This document shows positions 12,301 to 23,800 of a stretch of 64,000 nt of DNA, piece by piece; within the stretch, counting starts at the first letter, position 1, and every line of letters begins with the position of its first letter. This DNA is from Eledone cirrhosa (lineage: Eukaryota). Both the position numbers and the translations under genes were made by a program. Below the pieces are notes generated by a model that did no database searches, was not told where the DNA came from, and saw only the letters and a list, made by a program, of their open reading frames with translations. The stretch spans positions 44,764,001-44,828,000 of the forward strand of contig OZ024747.1 of assembly GCA_964016885.1 (NCBI GenBank), in the 5' to 3' direction.

Positions 12301-14160
12301 CATCATCATCATCATCAACGTTTAACGTCCGTGTTCCACGCTTGCATGGGTTTGGACGGGGGTTTTCCCACTTGAGGCAAGAGGTATTGTCTTGCTCGCA
12401 TAGGACTGTCTGGCAGTTTTTCTACAGTTGGTTGCCCTTCCTAACACCAACCACATTTACAGTGTGGGTCTGGGAGGTTTTTACCGTGTTGCCTACACGA
12501 CCACATTACAGCGTGGACTGTGTGTTTTTTTGTCGTGACACCTACACGATCTCATTTGTTTTGGCCTGGATGGTGTGGCACCAACATAACTTTACATAGA
12601 AGGGGGCGGTGTGGATGGGGTGGGGGTGGTGGGACGGGGTGTATTTTGTTAGAGATGCCTACTGACTGTAGTAGGTTTTACTTTGTATTTAGGTAAGGCG
12701 GGTCTTCTCTATTACTGAGTATCGCCAAAGGTCTCGGTCTAGTGACATTGTCTTGGTGAGGTGTAAGTGTGTGAGGTCGGAGTTTATCAGCTCGTCCCAG
12801 GTTTTTCTGGGTCTGCCTATTCCGTGGCTACCGTCTATCTTTATTGCCCTGCACTTTGTTATACAGCTATCGTCCTTCATGCGCATCACGTGACCATACC
12901 AACGTAGCCTTCTCTCTAGTAAACAACATCTGATCCCTCTTATTTCTAATTTTTTCCTTAGTTCATTTATGCTTTGTCGTTCACGTATATTACTATTACA
13001 CATCCAGCGGAGCATGCAAGCTTCGTTTCTCTCTAGTCTGCGTATATCCTCTGCACACAATGCCCAGGTCTCACTGCCATGCAACATTGCTGTTCGTATG
13101 CAGGCATCGTACAGCCTGCCTTTCATTTTTAGGGGGAACCCTTTAGCGGCTAATAGTGGTATAAGCTCTCTGAACTTTTTCCACCCAGTTCTGACTCTAG
13201 CTACTGTACTTTCAGAGCACCCTCCCCCACTGCTGATTTTGTCACCCAGGTAACGGAAGCTGTCCACTATTTCTATAGAACCCTCTGCGCAGTTGAAAGA
13301 GCTAGTATTTTGTGGGCACTTGCTGCTACTTATTGCCCCAGAACACCGGCCACATGTAAATCTATGTTCTTAGTTAGCTTACCTGTGATCCCACTACATC
13401 TTTTATGCACACAAACTTTGCATTTGGGACACAAAATGGAATTTCTACCTATGCCTTTCCTACACTCTGCGCATGGCCACTTCCCGGAGGGGACCGCCAC
13501 CTTATTTTCTTTCTTACAAACTAGAACTTTAGTCTTAGCCAGGTTAATTTTAAGGCCTTTTGATTCTAGGCCGTGCTTCCATGTTTGGAATTTCTTCTCT
13601 AGCTCGGCCATTGATTCAGCTATGAGCGTTAGATCATCTGCGTATAGGAGTTCCCATGGGCAGCCGGTCTTGCACTCCACTGTTATAGCCTGGAGGGCAA
13701 TAATAAATAGTAGGGGGCTAAAAACAGAGCCCTGATGAACACCAACTTTTACACTAAACTCTTCACTATATTCGTTGTTAATTCTAACCTTGCTGACTGT
13801 TTCTTTATACATGGCTTGTATAGCTCTCACAAGCCATTCATCAACCCCTAGTTTTCTAAGAGCCCACCAGATAATGGAACGGGGGACTCTGTCGAAGGGC
13901 TTCTCCAAGTCGACGAAAGCTAAGTATAGGGGTTTACTTTTAGCTAGGTACTTCTCCTGTAGTTGTTGTACAATGAAAAGAGCGTCTGTGGTACTTTTTC
14001 CTGACACAAACCCGAACTGCATTTCATCTAGATCAATTCGCTCTCTGATTAGTTGCGCTATTACTTTTTCCGTGACCTTCATGACCTGGTCGATTAATTT
14101 AATGCCTCTATAGTTACTCCTATCTAGGGCATCTCCTTTACCCTTATAACAGTTAACGAT
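12301..14160 (-). mobile_element. 5'-truncated RTE-clade LINE (RT, Cys-rich insert, C-terminal domain, 3'UTR, (GAT)n tail)
   Basis: ORF 13330-14082 has QFGFVSGKSTTDA, FVDLEKPFD, GVHQGS, LLYADDL and CxxC motifs. ORF 12689-13267 has FRYLG, LHGSETW, RLRWYGHV and GRPRKTW. One frameshift lies near 13360. A (CAT)n tail is at 12301-12316, and (TA)n flanks both sides. Confidence 0.95.
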
Positions 14161-14209
14161 AATATATATATATATATATATATATATACATTATATATAT
14201 ATCATTATT

Positions 14210-14830
14210 GGTGGATTGGCAGTATCGGTAGAGGGTCGGACGCCATGCTTTGCAGCATAGAGTTACGGCTCTTTATGATCTGAGCTCAAATACCGCCGAG
14301 GTTAACTTTGCCTTTCATCCTTATGGGGTTGATAAAATAAAGTACCAGTCACGCACTGGGGTCGATTTAATCGACTTTCCCCTCCCCCCCAAATTACTGT
14401 CTTGTGCCTATATAAGAAACCATTATTATATATATATATCATGTGGATTGGCAGTATCGGTAGAGGGTCGGACGCCATGCTTTCCAGCATAGTTACGTCC
14501 CTTTACGATCTGAGTTCAAATCCCGCCGAGGTTGACTTTGCCTTTCATCCTTACGGGGTCGATAAAATAAAGTACCAGTAATGCACTGGGTAATTGCTGG
14601 CTTTGTGCCTAAAGTAGAAACAATTATTATATAGAGGGTCGTGGATTGGCAGTATCGGTAGAGGCTCGGACGCCATACTTTGACACATAGAGTTATGACC
14701 CTTGCCATTTCTGAGTTCAAATTCCGCCGAGGTTAACTTTGCCTTTCATCCTTACGGGGTCGATAAAATAAAGTACCAGTAATATACTGGCATAATAGCT
14801 GGCCTTGTGCCAAAAGTAGAAACAATTATT
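14210..14830 (+). mobile_element. Three head-to-tail Nin/Deu-domain tRNA SINEs (14210-14429, 14442-14630, 14641-14830)
   Basis: Each starts gtggattggcagtatcggtagag, has a B box (gag(t/c)tcaaat) and the core, and ends agaaac(c/a)attatt. CpGs are retained. Confidence 0.92.
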
Positions 14831-14922
14831 ATATAGAGAAATGACTTCAACAAGACTACAACTGTTTCATTTGTATGATTTCATATGAATGAAACAGTCC
14901 TGTAGAAGTCATTTCTATATAT
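14831..14922. repeat. Imperfect palindrome made of two hammerhead 3' halves
   Basis: Left arm atatagagaaatgacttcaacaagactacaactgtttcatttgtatga and right arm catatgaatgaaacagtcctgtagaagtcatttctatat. The arms match the 3' half of the motif at 56517-56567. Confidence 0.7.
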
Positions 14923-14927
14923 AATAT

Positions 14928-15262
14928 GGAGGCACATGGCTTAGTGGTTAGAGCATTGGGCTTGCAATCGAAATGTTGTGAGTTCTATTCTCAGAGCGAG
15001 TGATGTGTTGTTTCCTTGAGCAAGACACTTTATTTCATATTGCTCCAGTTTACTCAGTTGTAGAAACGAGATGGTAGGGACTGGGGTCCATATCATTCCA
15101 CTGCAAAGTGGTCATGGAGGTGCCATGGCAAAAAAGCACCCAGCACTCACGGTAAATGAGGTTGGTGTTAGGAAGGGCATCCAGCTGTAGAAATCAAACC
15201 AGAATCAGTTCCCATCCTACCCTTGCAAGCAGGGAAAAGCGGACGTAAAATGAAGGAAGAAT
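14928..15262 (+). mobile_element. tRNA-derived SINE with RTE-derived 3' tail
   Basis: A box tggcttagtgg, B-box-like gagttctattc and core ccttgagcaagacacttt. The 3' part gttggtgttaggaagggcatccagctgtagaaa...ggacgtaaaatga matches the RTE 3'UTR. Confidence 0.85.
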
Positions 15263-15411
15263 AAAGATGCCTATATTCTACTAATGCATTGAATACCTTT
15301 TTAACTGTGCTTACCCCTAACACAACTTGGGAATCTACATTATACACACACACAAATATATGTATTATATATATATATTTATGTTTGTATGTATGTATAG
15401 TGTCTATATAT

Positions 15412-15783
15412 TGTGATTAAGTCTTGGAAGTCTCTGCAATGCATGTGGGGCTGTAAATATTGAGACAACAAAATTGGATGAGGAATGAGAGATGGGAAGT
15501 TGATTGGTGAAGAGGAAGGAAAACAAAAATGAGAGATAATGTTATGCTGGAAATGTTTTTAGTTGCAATACATATCAGATGTACCATCTATTATCAAGAG
15601 ATCTGTTGCAAACCTCAGAGAATGTTGGAGAAGAAGACCTTTCTATGAATCTGTGGCAGCTTGTGTTGGAGATTTTTTCCTCTTCTCCATTCAACCTCAC
15701 CTCTCACATTCCTTACCCAAGTTTGTTGCCTTAATATTTACAAACCCATCTGCATTGTAGCAACTTTCAAGACATAATAACAA
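15412..15783. mobile_element. Old fold-back (long-TIR, MITE-like) element
   Basis: 15421-15517 is a diverged inverted copy of 15677-15773. Inner ttgcaa-containing arms surround a central agatg-tac-catct. Confidence 0.65.
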
Positions 15784-17869
15784 TTTTTCATACCCAGCAT
15801 TGCTTCAAGCAAACTACAACACTCTTATATATATATATATATATTCTTTAAGGACAAGTTTGAGTCATTTTACTCTGGAGTTTCTCCAGTGTACTCACAA
15901 TATTATCAAACTGTTGATACTAAGTGAACACACACACACACACAAACACATGTGGGAAATGTTTGTGGTATGGAGACAGGGAAGCTCACAAATCAAAGTA
16001 GTAATAAATGCATGCACATAGTTGGTATAGTAATTAGTAAAATCCTAATGGATGACCAATTCCATTTTGGCTGGTATGCAAGCTAACTGACATTGTACAG
16101 TTCAAATCCAGGGAACTTATATGTCAGTCAATTTGAAGTGGGAGCTCCATTACTGGTTTCACACTTTTCTGGACTGTAATCACATCAATCACAGGTTTTT
16201 ATTTCAAAGTTTCCCTCTTTTAGAAAGATACTGTAACAACAGCTTGGGGTCCATGACTCCCAGTGGATTTTCTTTTTATTCATCTGCAGGCCACCATACC
16301 AGCAAATGAGTTGCAATGATTTGCTAACTTTTTCATAAATGTAAACCAGGGACTCTATCCCATTTGAAAGTCGAAATGTAGAAAAAAAAATGTTTTTAAG
16401 TATATATAAAAAGAACTATTTAAAAGTCTTAAAATTAAAAAAAAAAGTTTTTAAAGGTTTAAAAATATTTTTTTAATTAAAAAAAAAGTTAAAAAATTTT
16501 TTTTTTATGCAAAGGTCAGCACGCAGACAAGCATAAAATCAATTCTACACAAACACACTGTAAATACATATTTACAAAAATCACCCTTCTCACCAAGCAA
16601 GCTTAGTGGGGTTGCTGGTTTAGTTACCAATGGCCTACCCATGTGACAAGTTGTACTGGGTTACATGTTACCAGTAGCACTCAAGGGCAACCATACATAC
16701 ATACACATATGATGGCTGCAACTCAATTTTGAGTAATACCATCGCTTGATACTTAAGCATGAGCATCGTGGACATGGCTTTTTAGTCTTGCCTAGGAATT
16801 GCTTATGACCAGCAATGCCATACACTGCCAAAAATGTGACACATCAAGTGATGCATGTGCTTGAAGCTTTTTTAAGTGAGGAAAAGCTTTGCATGGGACC
16901 AGTCCCAGTCTCTGAACATCGAATACATTTACCCAAAAAGAAGAAGTGGTCTACATCATTGGATGCAAACAAAGTCGCAGGTTTTATATGAGAGTGACCT
17001 TCTCTTAGAGAGATGTCTTAATGAAGACTACAAGTCTCTCATTCGATAAAAAAACAAACAAACTTTCTTGGATAGCTATTGATTCCCTTGAGTTCCTCCA
17101 CCCTTTGACAAGTTTTAATTTTCCTCCCCCAAACAAACTTGGTGGGGTTGCCGGTGTCAACCTGGCTATGCACACACATACATACATACATACATACATA
17201 CACACATACATACATAAATATGCATAAGTATGTGTACATGTTCAGGCATGTTAAACAAACACATTTATCTATTACATAATTTACAACTTCTTACCATTTT
17301 GACACAGTATGTGACAAGGATGGATCTTTGAAATACAGACAGAGTACGTCTGACAGGCATTCACTCAAGTTTCCATCACCCCAAGAGTTGCATTGACATC
17401 AACCTGTGTTATATACACTTTCCCTAGATTCCACCTAGAATCCCATGATTAGTAAGCATAACTTTTAACCACAGAGCCAAGCTTGTGAGCTGAAGGAAAC
17501 CATATAAACTCCAAATTACGAGAAAGTTATGAAAGATATGAAATTATCATACATAGTATGTTCAGCTTAGAAAGACCAAACTATGCAGTTTATTTTGTTT
17601 GTTTTGGCTTTTCTTTTTTTTTTTTTTTGGTTTCTTGAAGTTCATTGATTGATGATGTTCTATATTTTTAGATTAGGTTTTCAAGTACTTGTTTGTCAGA
17701 AAGCATAAATCATTCATATGAATATTTTAGAAACCTCAGCAATAATAAGCTAGGTTTATTGAACTCAGAACATGTTTAAAATTATCCAAACTTAAAACTT
17801 TCCTTTGGATTTGTTTCCTATATAAATTTTTCACCAAGTTTTATTGCAAAGGTCAGCAAAATACAGAAT

Positions 17870-20800
17870 AAAGACCAAATCAGGTTCACAGCTATATTTA
17901 ATCCAGCCACCAAGCTAAATCTGTTCTACAGCTATATTTAATCTAGCCAACAAGCTTAATCTGTTCTACAGCTATATTTAATCCAGCCCACAAGCCAAAT
18001 CTGGCCCACAGCTATATTTCATCCAGCCCACAAGCCTAATCTGGCCCACAGCTATATTTCATCCAGCCCACAAGCCTAATCTGGTAACAGCTATATTTCA
18101 TCCAGCCCACAAGCCTAATCTGGCCCACAGCTATATTTCATCCAGCCCACAAGCCTAATCTGGCCCACAGCTATATTTCATCCAGCCCACAAGCCTAATC
18201 TGGCCTACAGCTATATTTCATCCAGCCCACAAGCCTAATCTGGTAACAGCTATATTTCATCCAGCCCACAAGCCTAATCTGGCCCACAGCTATATTTCAT
18301 CCAGCCCACAAGCCTAATCTGGCCTACAACTATATTTCATCCAGTCCACAAGCCTAATCTGGCCCACAGCCATATTTCATCCAGCCCGCAAGCCTAATCA
18401 GGCCCACAACTATATTTCATCCAGCCCACAAGCCTAATCTGGCCTACAACTATATTTCATCCAGTCCACAAGCCTAATCTGGCCCACAGCCATATTTCAT
18501 CCAGCCCGCAAGCCTAATCAGGCCCACAACTATATTTCATCCAGCCCACAAGCCTAATCTGGCCCACAGCTATATTTCATCCAGCCCACAAGCCTAATCT
18601 GGCCCACAGCTATATTTCATCCAGCCCACAAGCCTAATCTGGCCCACAGCTATATTTCAGCAGTCCACAAGCCTAATCTGGCCTACAACTATATTTCATC
18701 CAGTCCACAAGCCTAATCTGGCCCACAGCCATATTTCATCCAGCCCGCAAGCCTAATCAGGCCCACAACTATATTTCATCCAGCCCACAAGCCTAATCTG
18801 GCCCACAGCTATATTTCATCCAGCCCACAAGCCTAATCTGGCCCACAGTCATATTTCATACAGCCCACAAGCCTAATCAGGCCCACAGCTATATTTCATC
18901 CAGCCCACAAGCCTAATCTGGCCTACAACTATATTTCATCCAGTCCACAAGCCTAATCTGGCCCACAGCTATATTTCATCCAGCCCACAAGCCAAATCTG
19001 GCCAAAAAATAAGTTTCATCCAGCCCACAAGCCAAATCTGGCCCACAGCTATATTTCATCCAGTCCACAAGCCAAATCTGGCCCACAACTATGTTTCATC
19101 CAGCCCACAAGCCAAATCTGGCCCACAGCTATATTTCATCCAGCCCACAAGCCAAATTTGGCCCACAACTATATTTCATCCAGTCCACAAGCCTAATCTG
19201 GCCCACAGTCATATTTCATACAGCCCACAAGCCTAATCAGGCCCACAGCTATATTTCATCCAGCCCACAAGCCAAATCTGGCCCACAGCTATATTTCATT
19301 CAGCCCACAAGCCAAATCTGGCCCACAACTATGTTTCATCCAGCCCACAAGCCAAATCTGGCCCACAGCTATATTTCATCCAGCCCACAAGCCAAATCGG
19401 GCCCACAGCTATATTTCATCCAGCCCACAAGCCAAATTTGGCCCACAACTATATTTCATCCAGTCCACAAGCCAAATCTGGCCCACAGCTATATTTCATC
19501 CAGCCCACAAGCCAAATCTGGCCCACAGCTATATTTCATCCAGCCCACAAGCCAAATCTGGCCCACAGCTATATTTCATCCAGCCCACAAGCCAAATCTG
19601 GCCCACAACAATATTTCATCCAGCTCACAAGCCAAATTTGGCCCACAACTATATTTCATCCAGCCCACAAGCCTAATCTGGCCCACAGCTATATTTTATC
19701 CAGCCCACAAGCTAAATTTGGCCCACAACTATATTTCATCCAGTCCACAAGCCTAATCTGGCCCACAGCTATATTTTATCCAGCCCACAAGCCAAATCTG
19801 GCCCACAGCTATATTTCATCCAGCCCACAAGCCTAATCTGGCCCACAGCTATATTTCATCCAGCCCACAAGCCAAATCTGGCCCACAGCTATATTCATCC
19901 AGCCCACAAGCCTAATCTGGCCCACAGCTATATTTCATCCAGCCCACAAGCCTAATCTGGTAACAGCTATATTTCATCCAGCCCACAAGCCTAATCTGGC
20001 CCACAGCTATATTTCATCCAGCCCACAAGCCAAATCTGGCCCACAGCTATATTTCATCCAGCCCACACCCTAATCTGGCCCACAGCTATATTTCATCCAG
20101 CCCACAAGCCAAATCTGGCCCACAGCTATATTTAATCCAGCCCACAAGCCAAATCTGGCCCACAGCTATATTTTATCCAGCCCACAAGCCAAATCTGGCC
20201 CACAGCTATATTTCATCCAGCCCACAAGCCAAATCTGGCCCTCAGCTATATTTCATCCAGCCCACAAGCCAAATCTGGCCCACAGCTATATTTCATCCAG
20301 CCCACAAGCCTAATCTGGCCCACAGCTATATTTCATCCAGCCAACAAGCCTAATCTGGCCCACAGCTATATTTCATCCAGCCCACAAGCCTGATCTGGCC
20401 CACATCTATATTTCATCCAGCCCACAAGCCAAATCTGGCCCACAGCTATATTTCATCCAGCCACAAGCCTAATCTGGCCCACAACTATATTTCATCCAGC
20501 CCACAAGCCTAATCTGGCCCACAACTATATTTCATCCAGCCCACAAGCCTAATCTGGCCCACAACTATATTTCATCCAGCCCACAAGCCTAATCTGCCCA
20601 CAACTATATTTCATCCAGCCCACAAGCCTAATCTGGCCCACAGCTATATTTAATCTATGCAGCCCACAAGCCAAATCTGGCCCACAGCTATATTTCATCC
20701 AGCCCACAAGCCTAATCTGGCCCACAGCTATATTTCATCCAGCCCACAAGCCTAATCTGGTAACACGTATATTTCATCCAGCCCACAAGCCTAATCTGGC

Positions 20801-23800
20801 CCACAGCTATATTTCATCCAGCCCACTAGCCTAATCTGGCCAACAGCTATATTTCATCCAGCCCACAAGTCTAATCTGGCTCAGGGCTATATTTCATCCA
20901 GCCCACAAGCCAAATCTGGCCCACAGCTATATTTCATCCAACCCACAAGCCTAATCTGGGCCACAACAATATTTCATCCAGCCCACAAGCCAAACCGGCC
21001 CACAGCTATATTTAATCTATCCAGCCCACAAGCCAAATCTGGCCCACAGCTATATTTCATCCAGCCCACAAGCCTAATCTGGCCCACAGCTATATTTCAT
21101 CCAGTTCACAAGCCTAATCTGGTAACAGCTATATTTCATCCAGCCCACAAGCCAAATCTGGCCCACAGCTATATTTCATCCAGCCCACAAGCCTAATCTG
21201 GCCCACAGCTATATATCATCCAGCCCACAAGCCTAATCTGGCCCACAGCTATATTTCATCCAGCCCACAAGCCTAATCTGGCCCACAGCTATATTTCATC
21301 CAGCCCACAAGCCTAATCTGGCCCACAGCTATATTTCATCCAGTCCACAAAGCTAATCTGGCCCACAGCTATATTTCATCCAGCCCACAAGCCTAATCTG
21401 GCCCACAGCTATATTTCATCCAGCCCATAAGCCTAATCTGGCCCACACTATCTTTAATCCAGTCCACAAGCCTAATCTGGCCCACAGCTATATTTCATCC
21501 AGCCCGCAAGCCTAATCTGGCCCACAGCTATATTTCATCCAGCCCACAAGCCTAATCTGGCCCACAGCTATATTTCATCCAGCCCACAAGCCTAATCTGG
21601 CCCACAACTATATTTCATCCAGCCCACAAGCCTAATCTGGCCCACAACTATATTTCATCCAGCCCACAAGCCTAATCTGCCCACAACTATATTTCATCCA
21701 GTCCACAAGCCTAATCTGGCCCACAGCTATATTTCATCCAGCCCACAAGCCGAATCTGGCCCACAGCTATATTTTATCCAGCCCACAAGCCTAATCTGGT
21801 AACAGCTATATTTCATCCAGCCCGCAAGCCTAATCTGGCCCACAGCTATATTTCATCCAGCCCACAAGCCTAATCTGGCCCAGAACTATATTTCATCCAG
21901 CCCACAAGCCTAATCTGCCCACAACTATATTTCATCCAGCCCACAAGCCTAATCTGGCCCACAGCTATATTTCATCCAGCCCACAAGCCGAATCTGGCCC
22001 ACAGCAATATTTTATCCAGCCCACAAGCCTAATCTGGTAACAGCTATATTTCATCCAGCCCGCAAGCCTAATCTGGCCCACAGCTATATTTCATCCAGCC
22101 CACAAGCCTAATCTGGCCCACAGCTATATTTCATCCAGCCAACAAGCCTAATCTGGCCCACAGCTATATTTCTCCAGCCCACAAGCCTAATCTGGCCCAC
22201 AGCTATATTTCATCCAGCCCACAAGCCTAATCTGGCCCACAGCTATATTTCATCCAGCCCACAAGCCTAATCTGGCCCACAGCTATATTTCATCCAGCCC
22301 ACAAGCCTAATCTGGCCCACAGCTATATTTCATCCAGCCCACAAGCCAAATCTGGCCCTCAGCTATATTTCATCCAGCCCACAAGCCAAATCTGGCCCAC
22401 AGCTATATTTCATCCAGCCCACAAGCCTAATCTGGCCCACAGCTATATTTCATCCAGCCAACAAGCCTAATCTGGCCCACAGCTATATTTCATCCAGCCC
22501 ACAAGCCTGATCTGGCCCACATCTATATTTCATCCAGCCCACAAGCCAAATCTGGCCCACAGCTATATTTCATCCAGCCCACAAGCCTAATCTGGCCCAC
22601 AACTATATTTCATCCAGCCCACAAGCCTAATCTGGCCCACAACTATATTTCATCCAGCCCACAAGCCTAATCTGGCCCACAACTATATTTCATCCAGCCC
22701 ACAAGCCTAATCTGCCCACAACTATATTTCATCCAGCCCACAAGCCTAATCTGGCCCACAGCTATATTTAATCTATGCAGCCCACAAGCCAAATCTGGCC
22801 CACAGCTATATTTCATCCAGCCCACAAGCCTAATCTGGCCCACAGCTATATTTCATCCAGCCCACAAGCCTAATCTGGTAACACCTATATTTCATCCAGC
22901 CCACAAGCCTAATCTGGCCCACAGCTATATTTCATCCAGCCCACTAGCCTAATCTGGCCAACAGCTATATTTCATCCAGCCCACAAGTCTAATCTGGCTC
23001 AGGGCTATATTTCATCCAGCCCACAAGCCAAATCTGGCCCACAGCTATATTTCATCCAACCCACAAGCCTAATCTGGGCCACAACAATATTTCATCCAGC
23101 CCACAAGCCAAACCGGCCCACAGCTATATTTAATCTATCCAGCCCACAAGCCAAATCTGGCCCACAGCTATATTTCATCCAGCCCACAAGCCTAATCTGG
23201 CCCACAGCTATATTTCATCCAGTTCACAAGCCTAATCTGGTAACAGCTATATTTCATCCAGCCCACAAGCCAAATCTGGCCCACAGCTATATTTCATCCA
23301 GCCCACAAGCCTAATCTGGCCCACAGCTATATATCATCCAGCCCACAAGCCTAATCTGGCCCACAGCTATATTTCATCCAGCCCACAAGCCTAATCTGGC
23401 CCACAGCTATATTTCATCCAGCCCACAAGCCTAATCTGGCCCACAGCTATATTTCATCCAGTCCACAAAGCTAATCTGGCCCAGAGCTATATTTCATCCA
23501 GCCCACAAGCCTAATCTGGCCCACAGCTATATTTCATCCAGCCCATAAGCCTAATCTGGCCCACACTATCTTTAATCCAGTCCACAAGCCTAATCTGGCC
23601 CACAGCTATATTTCATCCAGCCCGCAAGCCTAATCTGGCCCACAGCTATATTTCATCCAGCCCACAAGCCTAATCTGGCCCACAGCTATATTTCATCCAG
23701 CCCACAAGCCTAATCTGGCCCACAACTATATTTCATCCAGCCCACAAGCCTAATCTGGCCCACAACTATATTTCATCCAGCCCACAAGCCTAATCTGCCC

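Noticed and set aside
14210-14330. tRNA-like A/B boxes as genuine tRNA genes
   Set aside because: No cloverleaf forms. The boxes are heads of dispersed SINEs with tails and TSDs.
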